Shown here: positions 44,451 through 63,186 of the stretch, one piece after another
Layout: each line of letters begins with the position of its first letter
How positions within the stretch are numbered: position 1 is the stretch's first letter
Source of the DNA: the human T2T-CHM13v2.0 reference genome, Homo sapiens
Strand: one strand, 5' to 3'
Assembly: GCF_009914755.1 (NCBI RefSeq)
Contig: NC_060926.1
DNA length: 64,000 bases
Position numbers and translations under genes: made by a program
The notes under the pieces: generated by a model
Database searches by the model: none
What the model was told of the DNA's origin: nothing
What the model saw: the letters and a program-made list of their open reading frames with translations, nothing else

Positions 44451-45686
44451 AGGTCCAACTTTCCAATTCAGCAGTCACCTCCTCCTGCCTGTACAAAGCA
44501 AGGATTTGAGCTTAGCTCGCTATATCTGAGAAGAGATGACCCTGGAGGAGAAGTATGCTAACCTGGCCCAATTCACCAATAGTTGGGTGCCCCAGAAGCA
44601 TCTCCAAGTGAGATCTTGACATTGTCTCAAAAAACTCTCTCCCACATACTCTTAACTGATCCCATCATTCTAGTGATTCCTGCAGTTACTCCCGAAAATC
44701 TTCAAAAAATGTTGGCTAAAATTCATATACCTCTGGAGGGATGCTACATAAGTAATTATTGGCTATTAGCTCCTTAGAATGGCCGAGTCCATCAGGTATT
44801 TCTGTAGTGGTAGCTAGTGAGTATAATGTCATAAATAGAGAAATGGATTTGAAACATTTTTAATAGCAGAGCCTATTTTCAAAAATATATTGTGAAACCC
44901 CAATCTAGTAACATTTATTTATTATAAAGTTTATCAATTAGATGAATAAGGTTGCTTCAAAGAATTTTTAATTGAGGGTAGGGAAGGACAGTTGCAGCCT
45001 CAAGAAGGCATAATATTTAATATTTGTCTGTACAATCCCTGGATTGTTACTGTATACCCAGTTCTAGAAAACACAGATCAAAAAACAATGGTTAACATGG
45101 TCTCCTAACTGGTTGCACACACCAAAGAATGTCCATGTGGGATGGAGAAGACAGTACTAAAACTTCTATTTATTTAACAATACTTAGAAGTTTTAAAATC
45201 TTTTAAAACTTTATCTCATCTTTTAAATTTTAATTTTTGCAGATTTTCATATGTAGCTTATGTATATAACTTATAAATAAATAAATAAATAAATATGCAG
45301 GTATTGAAGGATTGTTCAAAAGTTTCTATTGAGAGAATACACGTAGCATGGCTAGAGATAATTTGAGGCCCTGTTCAGGACAGGGAGAGAGACCTGGGTG
45401 GAACCACAAAGGGTCAAATCCAAATCCATAAGCAGATCTGGGCTTGTTGGACCTGAAGCTTAGCCAACTTTGGGGTGCTTCTTTAAGAAAAGGCATGTGA
45501 AACTGTGAGTATAAATGTAGGTATGGAATAGAATATATAGTTAGCACTACAAAAGAGGAATCACAGCACATTACTGCAGGTTTATGGATCGGGGTTCCTT
45601 TCTTCTGAGATTTCTTAAGCAATTTAGCAGAAACTTAAGACAGAAATGATTCCTACTGGCAGCTTGGTTTCTCTTCTTCACCCTAG

Positions 45687-45989
<303 letters not shown>

Positions 45990-47059
45990 AAGAACTCTTA
46001 ACAAATTCCAACACTCCCAGGAGCTCCAATGAATAAGACGCTCAAGGCACCTATGGCTACCAGCTATTTGGGGAGAAGAGATGGGCAGAGAAGGAAGGAA
46101 AAGGATTTGCAGAAGGGTAGAAAAAGGAGTTACAAACCCATCACCGAAGAACCTTTCTAGAACTGGCAGATGCTTGTCCTTATTTTGCATACATTGAATA
46201 TTATCAGTGACTTTGAGTTAAAGGGGAAATTTTATGGGATGGTGCCATAAAGATGTTAAGCACAAGGGTTGGAGTTAGGCACCACCAGTTTCCATTCTAG
46301 GATGATCAGTGGTCCCAGAGTACTGGGACTGTCAGAGGTTTAGCACCGAAAGTCCCACACCACAGGACACTCAGGTCTCACAGTTGGTCTCCCATTCCCA
46401 ACCAGCTCTTTTACTTAGTAACTGCAAAAACCATGGAAAAATTAGCTATCTGGCTAAACCCAAGTTTCCTCATCTATGAAATGGAGATAACAGGACTATA
46501 TCACTCAGCGTTCTTTTGAAAACAGAATGAGATAATCGTCAGTGAAAGACCTAGAAGGCTGGGGAGAGGACAGGCAGGGTGCTGGCGGAAAGAGGGGCTG
46601 CTGTGGGATCTGGTGCTTTGTGGATCTTTGCTAGCTTCTGTCCAACCCTTCCTCCAATGTTCAGTGTCCCTGAATTTTCACAGCACCTTTTATTTATGGG
46701 AAGGGAACAACTCTCCAGAGAGCTTCTTGCTTTCAGGAAGGCCTGGGCACTGCATCATCCTACCAGGTCCATGAGTAAAAATACAGAGGAGACCTCGTGA
46801 ACACCTCTGACCTTTCCAATATCCCACATTCCCCCTCTCTGCAGTTAAGTGCTTTTCATGCTTGTAGAAGGCCAAGAAAGTAGAGATGCTTTTTTTTTTC
46901 GTTTTTTTCTTTAGAAAGAAAAAGGAGAAAGCATCCAATCCAGAGATTAAGACATCTAAAACACAAGAGTAAAAAAGCAAATTATGCATTAGGGAGGCTG
47001 CCATGGTACAGAAGAAAGGGAATGACTTTCTTTTTTATTTACTCATTTGTGTATCAGAA

Positions 47060-47245
47060 CTGCAGGATTGGGACTCTGCTCCTCCCAATATGAGCTGTGT
47101 GACCTTGAACAACTCACTTAAACTTTCTTGGGTTTTTGTTTCCTCTTTCATAATGTGAAAAAACAAAGAATACGATACCCATAAAGTTATTGGAGGGGGG
47201 TTAAATAAATGAAATAATATAAATAAAGCACTTAGCCCAGGGCCT
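47060..47245 (+). mobile_element. MIR
   Basis: 'agctgtgtgaccttgaacaactcacttaaactttcttggg..tttcctc..taaagcacttagc'. Confidence 0.75.
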
Positions 47246-47440
47246 GCCATTTTTCTTTTTATGAAAGTAAAATACAAATACAATTTTTGCACCTTCCTAA
47301 TAGAGCCCTCAGTCATAAAAACAGGATCCAAACTTGTCTTTTTTCATGTAAGCAAACTTATAATAAAGCATATAGAACATGTTTCAAAATATGTGTTTAA
47401 AATTGAACTGAGGAGGAACAAAAACTCATGTCCTTCATGG

Positions 47441-47659
47441 TTTTTTTTGTTTGTTTGTTTTAGATAGATTCTCGCTCTTTTACCCAGGCTGGAGTGCAGT
47501 GACATGATCATAGCTCACTGCAGCCTGAAACTCCTGGGTTCAAGCAATCCTTAGCCACCCAAGTAATTAGGACTACAGGTATGCACTTCTATCTATGCCC
47601 AGCTAACTTCTATTTTATTTTTTTTTTGTAGAGACAAAATCTCACTGTGTTACCCAGGC
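47441..47659 (-). mobile_element. 5'-truncated AluJ
   Basis: Right arm 'gatcatagctcactgcagcc', linker and a short part of the left arm. Confidence 0.88.
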
Positions 47660-47991
47660 CGCTCAAGTACATTTAATTTCATTGATAAAAGGAATTTCTG
47701 AAAAGAAGACTGTGTAGACTATGGCTTGGAAAGAGCCAGAATTATCCTCAAAGGACATGTGTCCTGGGGCTTCTGGAGGCTGAGACAGGAGATGAGGTCT
47801 CATGCACTGGAGCAAAGAACCCTCTCAAAACTCCGTCTGTGTGTACTGTCTACAAAAGTGCTGTGCAAAATGACATGGGAATAAGAGGTAGAGAGTTATA
47901 AGTGTGATGATCTCATGTTTGGAGAACCATCTGTGGATCTCAAGCCACCCTTATCAGCACTTTAAAATCTGGGTTTAAAACATGTGGGACC

Positions 47992-48321
<330 letters not shown>

Positions 48322-51300
48322 TTAAGGAGAAACATTGCTAGGAGAGGTTTTGCAGGTTGTTACTGAATGCTTTCTCACTTTCCCTGTGCCAATTTGGAAA
48401 CCAGGGAACACTGCAATATGCATGCTGACCTGGAGGCTATAAAATGCATCCTCCCAAAGATTGGCAGAAGATGTAAAAACACTGGAAACAGGACTCAGTG
48501 AAACTTGAGGAGTTTATAGTCATGTTGGCTGCATCCAAATGTAGCTTAGGCATTTAGGTGCCTAAATATTTTATCGAAGACAGTAGAGGTCAAACACTCC
48601 TTCTTTAAGTCCAAGTAATATATGGACTTATAATTTCCATGGATTCAGATGGAATCAGGAGGCAAGAAAATATTAGGCGGCCACCTTAGGAATGTGAAAA
48701 TTGCCTCATGCAAGAGTTTCTACAGGTAGAGAACAAGTTACAACCTTCCCTTTCAGCAGCTATACACCAAAAGGTTAAAAATTGACCCCCAAAGTGGAAA
48801 AAAAATAGGCTTCAGCTCACTTCCTCTCTTTTCTCAGGTGGAGTATACAATAGGGACGAGATATGGATGACTAGAGAAAACAATGGGATGTAAAGAGGTG
48901 AGAGGAAGGGAGGTGGAGGAGAGGGGAGAGAGAAGAGAAGCTAGCAAGAAAAGTGGAGTAAGAAGAATATGGCTGTCAGGTTTACGGTTGGGGATTTTCA
49001 AGTCTACAAATGAGCCACTGTTTTTAGCTTCCATTGGCATCCAAGGGAAACACGTAAACAATCTTAATTCTGAAATAACTATTGCACGGTGAGCCAGTGT
49101 CAAATACTTTAGATCCAGGTAGATGCAAAATGCTGACCTGGGTGGCAAATACCAGCAAAACCTGGGCATGATGAATCTGTCTACTATTTGCCATATGTAT
49201 AGCCCTTACGACTTTCTTTCAAGTGTTGCCCATGCAACCATAGATGCCTTGCTCCCTTATGCATGGGGCAAGGATGAAAAACTTCCAGTTAATTTTAACG
49301 ATGAAATAACTCAAGCCCTTTGATTAACTAATGCTCTCCATTTGTTGATGTCCATCAGCTACTTTCAAACATACCATGCCCCAACAATTTGGCTCAATTC
49401 AGATATTAATAGTAAAATAAAATATCCCTTTACCTAAAGTAAACACCATCATGCGGATAAATGAAGAGTAAAATAAGATGAGGATTTGGTTCATTGTATT
49501 TATGAGTCTCATGCACAAAGCATACTCTATTTGGGAGCCTTTCAGCTCTGCCAGAACTTTAACAATGGCTCTTCCATAGAATAATTTATGATCAGAGTTC
49601 TTGCTTTAACTGATTCCTCCTTAATGCTCGGTTGTAATAGAAAATAAAAATAAAATCAATAATATCCTATGCGCTTTCCTCTTGAGATTTCTATTTAAGT
49701 CCCCAAATACATTTTCATGTCACAAAAGCATTCAGATATTTTTCCATCTCTGCCAACAGATTGGACTAGACAATATACCCCAGCACTACTTTAAAGATCA
49801 ACCACATAAAATAAATAAAAATGCACTTGGTATAAACAGTGACAAAAAGTATAAACATTCAAATGTTCCATTTGCCTTATGGAGAAATATTTGAAATAGG
49901 AGCCAACATTCAATTTTGGGGGTAAAGATTTTTTAAACATTCTGTTATTATTGACCAAGGCAATCTTGAAATACTTTAGCAATAGATAATACCTTGGATG
50001 TTGGATAAAATGCTAACTCCTTAGGCTGACATGAAAAGTGATCGCTATCTACCTTACCTCATGCCTCTGTCACAAACAGTCCTACAACACCTGCATATCA
50101 TCTACTCCAGCTACTCTAGTTTAGGTATTATTCCCATTGCCCCAGCCTATCTGGACACTCTTGCCCTGCTCATTTGCTGGGGTTCATCTCCATGTAATAG
50201 GTCCTTCTGTTTCCTTCTCTGCCTTCAAAAGCTGGCTCCTTCAGAGCCACTGCCAATTTCACATCCACCAACTTTCCTGAATAACATAAAGTTAGCTCTC
50301 CTTCCTTCCAAACTAGTATATTTCTTGTCAGTATAATTCATTTGGAAAAAGAAAAAAGAATAAAACCTTTACTTTCTTGCCCTATCTCTCTAAACAGTGT
50401 TCTAAGTATAGTTATGTCTTGTTTCACCAATCCTGCTTTAAGCGTTTCAGGGATAGGATTCATGTCCCTCACTGAATTTGGCATCTTCACAAAGCAACAG
50501 AACAAGTTGAAGAGATGTTCATGTAAGATCTGGATAATATTATGTCTTGGACTTTACCCTCTAGCCTTATCAAGAAATACTCATAAATGTCAATCCATAA
50601 GACCGTAATTCACCAAGACAAGAAACATGATTGATTAGATAGAAATTATGAAGAAATAGGCCTTGAAACTCCTTCTAATAAGCAAGGAGATACAGACTTC
50701 CATTATTTTCTAACAGTTTTTCTTTAGTTCAATAAAATCTTCCTGGGAGGACATAAAATCCATTGTCCTTTCTAAACCCACAGCTTATTATAGGCCACCT
50801 ATTAGAACAATACAGATAAGTTGGGTGTCTCATATTACACTAAGCATTTTAAACCAAAGATATTGCCACTACTAGTTTGCATTTGTAAAAGCAGAACAAT
50901 AATAGTAATAGGAGTTTTGCTGTTGACATTTCTTTAAAGGATCCAAGACTTACTTATCATCTGCAACTCTAACTAATACAGATTACTTTTGTTGACTAGA
51001 GTCTTTGTTTGTTTTCTAAGTTTGTAGGTTTGCTTCAGTAGATTGACAAAACAGAAGATTTAAAAATAAACCACACATAGACTGAACAGTAAGAGGCTTT
51101 ATGAATATATCCAGGTGAAAGCCTTATTTGTCTCATCAGTCACTCCCTTTTCCAAAGGCAGCATTCCTGTCCATTGCTCTGACTCCATGGATCTACCGTA
51201 GTTTCTGTACTCTGTGATGGCACTTGATGCTCATCACTTTCCAAGTTGGGAGATGTGGCCTTGGCCACAAAGGTCTCAATATTTTATCAGGTCTTGGTTC

Positions 51301-54300
51301 TGCACCTGATTCAGCTTTTGTTAATGCTGCACTTTACCAAGCTTTTTCATACATCATTAAACAGCAACTATCGTGCTTGTGCCCCCTTTCTGATCGACTA
51401 CAATGTTAAGATCACATTGAACACCACACATGCTTTTCCCAACTTGAGCAACATCGTAGTCATGAACAGTCAACAGTATTTCCAAATTAAGCCCCCCACG
51501 GAGCTCTTGTTACTACTGAAGCAAGTACATGTCCTTGGTCTTTCAGAGAGGTACAATATTAATGCCAGATAATGAATTTGCCAACCAACCTGAATTTGGG
51601 GGTCTCTCTTTCTCCTAGTGTTGTCAGAGTCTAAATTGTAAGAACTTCACAAAAGACCAATATTAAAGTGACAGCATTGTAAACCATGGATCTAGAACCA
51701 TTTCAATTAACATTTATTGAGAACATCATCTAGGAGAGAAATAGGGAAGTAGCAAGTACACGGATCCTGTCTTCAAGGAATTTGAAGGCAACATAGGAGA
51801 AAAGAAAAATGTATGAGAAATCATTATAACAGCACCATCTTTTGACAGATGCTTGTAGCTGTGTTCTGGAAACCCCTCCAGGTTCCTACCTCTATCTTAG
51901 CACTTACCTACTATGTTGAAATCATTTGAGAACATAGCTGCTAGTGGACAGGGGTTGCTTCATTCATCTTTGAATCCATCCTGCCTGATACAGTATCTAA
52001 AACACTTTAGTAACTGAAAATATATGTTGAACTAACCCAATCATGGTGGTAGGTGAGATCAAAGAGGGGAAAGACTGGGGGGTCTGATGTGGAAAGATGA
52101 GAAGCATAAAGATACCACCCAGGAAACCTTGCTAAATACAAAGAAATGGATATTTTCTTTTTTGTTTCTCTTCTATAAAACACATCATCTAACTTGAAGG
52201 CAGAGAATGCATTTTAAGAAGACAAGAATTCTCATCTAGGCAACTATAATGCTGGAGGCTGAAGAGAACCAGTTGCAAAATTATGCACTTTGCATCCTGG
52301 CTTTCCCTTTGAAATGATACTCTTGTAAACCTGAACTCGCTGCTCACAGAAGCATTTCACTACTTTTGTGTAAGACATTACCCTCCTCTCCCTCCACCCC
52401 GCTCCACCCTCCCTAGGCTTCTGGAAACCTGGAGTCAGTATCTGCAGACACATATGAAATGGCAACTCAAGGATTTATCTTGCTCTTGCATGAGAACACA
52501 CAACTTTGCCAGAATTATTTAGATAGGTGAGGTTGTGGTCTGAAATACCCAGATAATAACTTCAAAAGTCTGTATTTATCACTATGTGTATTGATTGGGC
52601 TGGCATGAGAGAGACTGAAGATGGAAACTTTAGAAACCTTGGAAGATTTCACGTGATCTGGGGAAAGGGAGATTTTCTTTCCCCTCCCCCCACAAAAACA
52701 AACCATGAGTCTAGAAAACAAGTTGTGAGCTGCCCCAGCAGCATGAATTTTGTGCCTGAAGTAGACATTGCTCAATAATTTCCTGGAAATGCCCCTTAAA
52801 AAGCATTTTGCAAAAGCTGTGGGTCTACAGGCAGGCAAAATTTCTCTGAAGTGTCAGGTTTTATTTTCTTGTGAATTTTGCATTTTACACTACATTATAT
52901 CCATGTGCATTTCAATATAAGTCCTTTCCCTACCTCCTCTGATTTTTGATCACACAGTGATATCCTATAGTTGGCCCACTTTGAGCAACAGGACTCTAAA
53001 ATATAAATTCTAAAATATAGATCAGAAATTTCTCTTTTCCCAAAGTGTTAGGTTGCTGAAGACCTACGGCTTCTTTCCTGAGGCTGTATCACCTATAACC
53101 GTGCCCAACAAATGTGGACATTTATAAATGTCACATTTCCGCTTCTCAATTAAATGGCTGTCACTTAATCATGAATATGGTCAATATTTATTGAGCATTT
53201 GCTATATGCAAGGTACTGAGCTAGGTCTCTGTAGGTGAAGGAATAAATCAGAGTGTGGGAAACAGTGATGGCTCATCTTTCTCAGAGAGCTTGGGACAGA
53301 GAATACTCTGAATTAAAGCATGGATGTGCCACCCAACCCCCTCAGCAGGAGACCTTTGAAGCCACTCGGCCTTGGAGGTGGAACCTACTCGCTTCCACCC
53401 CCAGGTGCACTCAGAAAGATGTAAAAATATAGACCTAATTTTCTGAGAATGGGGCAGAACTCATAGTTTTGTTTGTTTGTTTTATGTAACACCTTCATTT
53501 AAGCACAATTCTATTAATTTTCCCAGGTGGTTAATTTTTTTGTCTGCTGGTTGGTGGTGGCATATTTTCTTCCCTGACACTTCTGGGAATATCTGAGACA
53601 CAATTCTCTTACCACAGATTTACAATAGGAAGTTTGATTAACAGAAAAACGGCAAGGGTAGCCAGCAGAGTTCCAGGGAGGACAGGGAAAGAAACGCTGT
53701 CTGTCTTTTTCACTGTTGTTACCCCAGTGCTTTTTGTGGCTCTATAAATATTTATCTATAGTAAATAATCAGTTCCAGAAAATTGTTGACCTGTCTCAGT
53801 CTGTAAAATTATTTATTTAACTCCTGTACTTGAAAAGCCTGGGAGTGTGCTGCCTCGTGCTTCCATTCATGCTGCAGTTTCCTTTCAATAAGAAATCTAC
53901 CAAAGGTGGCCTCTCAAGTCCTTACTATGATGGGCGATCCAACTGTCACCAGCAGGTACCTGGGTGCTTGCACCTTTTGTGGGCACTATGGGACATCCTG
54001 TTATCATGGAGGTGGGGATTCTTTTCATCCAGATAGTCCAGCCGATGATTCCTCTACAGAAAACAATTTTCAAGCCCATTGGAAAGACAGAAAAAACACA
54101 CTAGATTTTTTTCAAAAGCTCATCATTTTCTCCTTTCTATTTGTCTCTCAGTAGAGGCACTTGGCACATCCCGTGAGTCTTCCAAGAACCTCAGTGTTTA
54201 GGCTGCCTCTTTTCCTTTTAGCATATTTCTGTATTATGTTGTTCTTACACTCCTACGTGATCATTAACAATGTTATCACATTCCAGTGAATTTAATAAAC

Positions 54301-55117
54301 ACACATGGAGTGTGTGCAGCAAGACGGCCCTGTGCTAGGAAGACTGGAAGACACAGTGATGAGTAAGGCTACTATGGAAGCTGCTCTCAGGAAACCACCT
54401 GCGGAGCCAGTCATGCACATTCCCAGCCTTAGCCTAACAAACCAAAAGAGCAACGTTCATGGAAGGCTTGGGGTCACCAACGAGCAAAGGGTATGTCCAT
54501 CTGGAAGGGTTGCAGACTGCTTCACAAGTTGAAGATAACATTTCCATTGAACAGTGGATCTGAATTTGACCAGGAAAGGAGGATGGTGAGGAATAGCATT
54601 CCCAATGGTGGGCAGAGACACTGAGGCAAGAGAACACAGAATATCTTTTGGAAATGACAAGTTTTTCCTTGTAAAAGGGGAAATACCTGGAACCTTTCAT
54701 CACAGATAAGACTGGGAGGGTAAGTTAGAGTCGATGGAGCACCTGTGAGGCCAAACAAGGAAAGAAAGAATTAGAGCTCTAAAAGAGTCCTGAGCAGGAC
54801 CTCTGGGATGTTGGGAAATTTCCTTCCCCATATGCAGCATGGCATGCATTCTGTAAGAAAACTTCACCTGACTTGTCTGCTACCGTATATCCAACTGACT
54901 CAGGAGGCTAAATATTTCTCTTCTCCTTTTAATCATTTAGCTAACCATGGCTGCCAATTTATGAAGAGATTCTTTAAAACATGAAGAGCTCAATGTAGCA
55001 GTAAGATTGGCCAGGGAACAGTACAGGATTGCCACATTCCTATGAATTCAGTCTGCTTCCCATATGCACAGAGCTGAAAAATAAAAGCAAGACTCTACTC
55101 TCTGTCTAGGAGGGGTG

Positions 55118-55480
55118 TGCTATGGTTAGGCTTTGTGTCCCTACCCAAATCTCAACTTGAATTGTAATCCCCAGGTGTTGAGGGAGAGACCTAGTTGGAG
55201 GTGACTGGACCATGGGAGCAGTTTCCCCATGCTGTTCTCATGATACTGAGGGAATTCTTATGAGATCTGATGGTTTTATAAATGGCAGTTTCCCCTGGGC
55301 TTACACGCTCTGTCTCACCTGCCAGCATGTAAGGTGTAACTGCTTCCCCTTCTGCCATGATTCTAAGTTCCCTGAGGCCTCCCCAGCCATGTGGAACTGT
55401 GAATCAATTAAACACCCTTTCTTTATAAATTACCCAGTCTCTGGCAGTTCTTTATAGCAGTGCAAGAACGAACTAATACA
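55118..55480 (+). mobile_element. THE1D-like solo LTR
   Basis: Termini tgctatggttaggc...aactaataca; 5-bp TSD gggtg/ggttg (4/5 match). Confidence 0.9.
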
Positions 55481-57353
55481 GGTTGGCTTCAAAACACATT
55501 TTTAGTATTGTATTCTTCCTTCATGTCATAGAATATTAAGGATTATTTTTTAAAACTCATTTATCTCTCCAGATTTTAATTTCTGTCTTCTTCTTGTCTT
55601 TCCCCATTTCCACCACCAAAAATAATCACCTATTACACGTAGCACAATATGGACCATCTAGAACCTGCAGAGAATAGTGAAGGAAAGAAGCAGAACCTGA
55701 AGACGGAAGAAGAAAGTGGAATAGAGGCTGAAAGCTATAAGGAAATATCAATATTTGGTGGATGGCAGAAAGTGTCCCCTGTAACTAGATGTAGATTTTA
55801 CTTCAAAAGAATCCCACTGAAGCAACCCTTCTGGGGTTAGAAACCGTTGTGATGCTTTTGAGCCTCTAAACCTTCAAATTTAACTTGGTCTTGACAATCA
55901 TAAGGTCTGGGCTGCTGCACATGGTGTGATTTTATTCCCCTGGTTGTCCTAGAAGTGGAAAAAGAATCACTTTCAAATGAGAATTTTTATTGTTTTCATC
56001 ACGGGAGCTTCAGTCGGGCTATTAAAAAAGGCTTTCTTTTATGAAATTTCTCTTAGAAAACAATGGATTATAAGATAAGAGGAAATGACCTCAGGCAAGT
56101 GAAAAAGTACTGGTAAAGCTGTGAGAAAACTTTCCAGAACTTTCTCTGTATTTGTGTGTTCTGTCAAATTGCAGCCACATTCAGCCTTCCCTTTCTCCAC
56201 CCCTAGGCAGTAAAACTGCGAGATGGCTAATTTCTAGTCTGTTCCCCCTTCACTTAGGTAACTGCACAGCAAGCATGATCTGACCCAGTCTTCTGTAAAC
56301 AACTCCCTACCCCTAGCCAAGAAGGCTTAACCTTTGAGAGGAAATGGATATGTTGTTTTCTGGCATGTGAAGAACGTAAAGCAGTATACCTGCCCCAACT
56401 GCTATCCAAACCATGAGTGAATTTGCCGTGCTCTTTGGGAGTAAACTGGAGAGTTTGGCAAAAGAAAGCAAAGAGATAGAGGGAGAGACCTTGAAGCATT
56501 TTCTGAACTTTGTCTTCATTTGGCAAACAAATCTTTAACTTTGGAATCTGTCCTGGACCAGCTTCGTTGTGTGGAATGGAGAGAAGAACCTATTGTTGCA
56601 CTGAGGAGACAGAATGTGTCCACAGATGCTAGTAACACAAATCACTCTGCATAGAAACATAAATACAAAGTCAGCTCCAGTACCCATCTTGGTGACCTTT
56701 AACCCACCATCCCAGGCCCTGATGGAGGAAAAGGGCTCCAAAAGAGAAGATTCCTTTCTCATGAGAAAAGGGAAGTGAGTAACACCCGATGTTTCCCATG
56801 CTCATTGCCTCTTTTACAAAAAGCTGGAATTCCTCTGGCATTAGAGGTAATCTGTAGTCATTGCATCACAACTTCAGGGGAATTTCTAGTTCTCTAGAGC
56901 TCACTTTCCCAGCCCAGCTCATAGGAGACCCATTCCATGGAAGGCATCTAACTTATATGTCAGGGACCTCAGGGCAGTCTCTAATCCTGGGCAGCCCTGA
57001 ACTGGACATCCAACGTATTGGTGCTTCCATCACTCTATCAATATAACTGTTTGAGCTGCCTCACCCCATTGGGATTTCTGGGGGTGAGATCTGATGATAG
57101 ATATAAAAGTGATCTGAAATAAAAGTCCACTTGCTTTTTACCGGAAAGGGCTCATATCTGAGGTCTGCTGAGAAAGGTCTAACAGCAGTAACAGCAGTGC
57201 AAGGAACTTCGGCTTTATTCCAGAGCAGGCTAACTAGAGGTGGGAAATTCCATATATCTAAGATCCAAACAACTAGAAAGCACAAATAATTGGTTGGCAT
57301 GGGGTGAGGGGAGGAACTTCTTTCCTCCATGTCTACCATGAGAAACATAAATA

Positions 57354-57675
57354 TAGTCATCCCTCACTATGCAGGATCCCCTTGCAGAGACCAAAATCTG
57401 CAAATACTCAAGTCCCTTATATAAAACAATGTAGTAATTGCATACACACATACCTCCCATATCATTTAAATCATGTCTAGATTACTTACGATGCCTAATA
57501 CTAAGTAAATGCTATTAACACACAAAAATTTGTTATACTGTATTGTTAGGGATTACAGAGCAAAAAAAAAGTCTGCACAAATTCAATGCAGACACTTTTA
57601 TTTCCCCCGAGTATTTTCTAGCCACAGCTGGTGGAATCCATGGATGCAAAACCCATGGATATGAAGGACGGATTA
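57354..57675 (+). mobile_element. MER2 (Tigger-family MITE)
   Basis: 'accaaaatctgcaaatactcaagtcccttatataaaa...gaatccatggatgcaaaacccatggatatgaagg'. Confidence 0.85.
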
Positions 57676-57709
57676 TATATAAGATGTGATAAGGGACCAT
57701 AGAAGAGAG

Positions 57710-58063
57710 TGATATGGTTTTGCTGTGTCCCAACCCAAATCACAGCTTGAATTGTATCTCCCAGAATTCCCACATGTTGTGGGAGGGACCCAGGGGGAGG
57801 TAATTGAATCATGAGGTCCAGTCTTTTCTGTGCTATTCTTATGATAATGAATAAATCTTATGAGATCTGATGGGTTTATCAGGGATTTCCACTTTTGCTT
57901 CTTCCTCATTTTCTCTTGCCACTGCCATGTAAGAAGTGCCTTTCACCCCCTGCCATAATTCTGAGGCCTCCCCAGCCATGGGGAACTGTAAGTCCAATTA
58001 AACCTCTTTTTCTTCCCAGTCTCAGGTATGTCTTTATCAGCAGCATGAAAACAGACCAGTACA
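57710..58063 (+). mobile_element. THE1A-like solo LTR
   Basis: Termini tgatatggtttt...cagtaca; 'aaacctctttttcttcccagtctc'; TSD gagag/gaggg. Confidence 0.9.
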
Positions 58064-58780
58064 GAGGGCAACTTCCTATATCATGTGGTAGGGGAGAAGA
58101 GGGAAGGAATTGCTTCAAAATTAACCTAATATTCTTTCCCTTTTACATCTATTTTACAATTTGATGATAATTAAGGCCTTTAATGATGAAAAAAATTACC
58201 ATATAAATCTTAAGTAAGTTTTGTGCCATCAAACAATATACTACTTTCAGGAGAGTTTCATCATCTGGTATAACACCAAACCTCAAGTGGCATGTATTTC
58301 GCCACTTTTAGAAGTGACCAACATTTCTAAACTAACCCATACACTCCTCAGTTATTTCCAAGACATGGAAATTGATGTTTTCACACACCTGTAGGAAAGT
58401 ACAGCAAATAGCCTTTTGGGGATATTTCTAGATCTTACTACACATTTGGAAGAAATTTGAAAAAAACTAGTCCAATAACCAGTTATAGTTAGTATCCAAG
58501 CTATTTGGTGATGAAAGTTAGGATTTTTTTTAAATGTCTAAATGTGCATGATACAGTTTGGTTCCATGTCCTCACCCAAATCTTACCTTGAATGATAACC
58601 CCCATGTGTCAAGGGCAGGACCAAGTGGAGGTAACTGGATCATGGGGGGCGGTTTTCTTCATGCATTTCTCATGATAGTAAGTGAGTCTCACGAGATCTG
58701 ATCGTTTCATAAGCATTTGGCATTTCCCCTGCTTGCACTCACTCCATCCTGCCACCCTGTGAAGACAGCGCCTGCTTCTT

Positions 58781-62170
<3,390 letters not shown>

Positions 62171-63186
62171 TAGCAGTGTGAAAATGGACTAATAAAGTGC
62201 ACAGATTTTTTTTTAACTTTTGTATCCCAATATGACTTCAATTGATTGGTCTGTGAATTTCTACTTGTCTTACCGCCGTCCTTTAGAATCATTATTTTAG
62301 CAATCTAACCTCTCCTTGCCATTCCAATTTTCTTGGCATACAGACCACAGTAAGAGAATAATCTAATCCTCCCTATTCAATTGCTGGTTTTGTAGAAGGA
62401 CCAAATTATATGATCAGAGCAATGAGCACAGATGAGAAACAGCTGTGAATGGTATAGTCCCAGCCTCTTTGTAGACATTTCACGAAATATCATATCTGCG
62501 AATGAATTCCTTAGGGCCTCTATTATCCATAGCTTTTTGCATCCAAGGGGAGTATAGCACAGGGTTTCAAGCATGGTCAGGCAGTGGTGAGCATGCATTT
62601 GAAATTTTTGGTCACCAAATTGCCATGAGGAGTCGGCATGTTGGTGAAGTGTGCTCTGACTCCCATGTCTCCATGTGTGTGTTGTGGGCCTGTGTGGAGG
62701 TTAACTGCTCAGTTTAACTACATGTTTAGCCAGATGAATAGAAGAGGGGAAAAGTGTCTTCTTTCTTTGAACTTCTTACTTCCCTGGTGAACCTTCATGA
62801 CTACCCCATCTCAGTGAGCCAGCACCCCATTCTCTGCCAGTCAGAGTCACACACTCACTACCTGAAGCCGCCTTGTTCATTGCTTGCTTGGTGCCTGCTT
62901 CCTGCCATGGAAATGGAAACTTCCTGGCTGGACTTGGTTTTGTTTACCACTGTATCCCCATTACCTGAACTAGGTGCTCAAATACAGAATTTTAGTAGAG
63001 AATGCTGCCTTTCACGCAAGTGAGAGAAAAACAAATGAAGGCTTACATGTATTTGCCTGAATGTACATAAAATATCTCTGAGAGCATGATGCACATCTGA
63101 TAACATTGATTGCTTTGAGTGCCAGGAAAGAGGGAGATTTTTCACTATTTACCCTTTTGAACCTCTTGAGTTTTTACTGTACAAGT

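Noticed and set aside
44860-45330. Possible hAT-Charlie (MER5B/MER103-like) remnants
   Set aside because: Too diverged to assign a family or boundaries by eye
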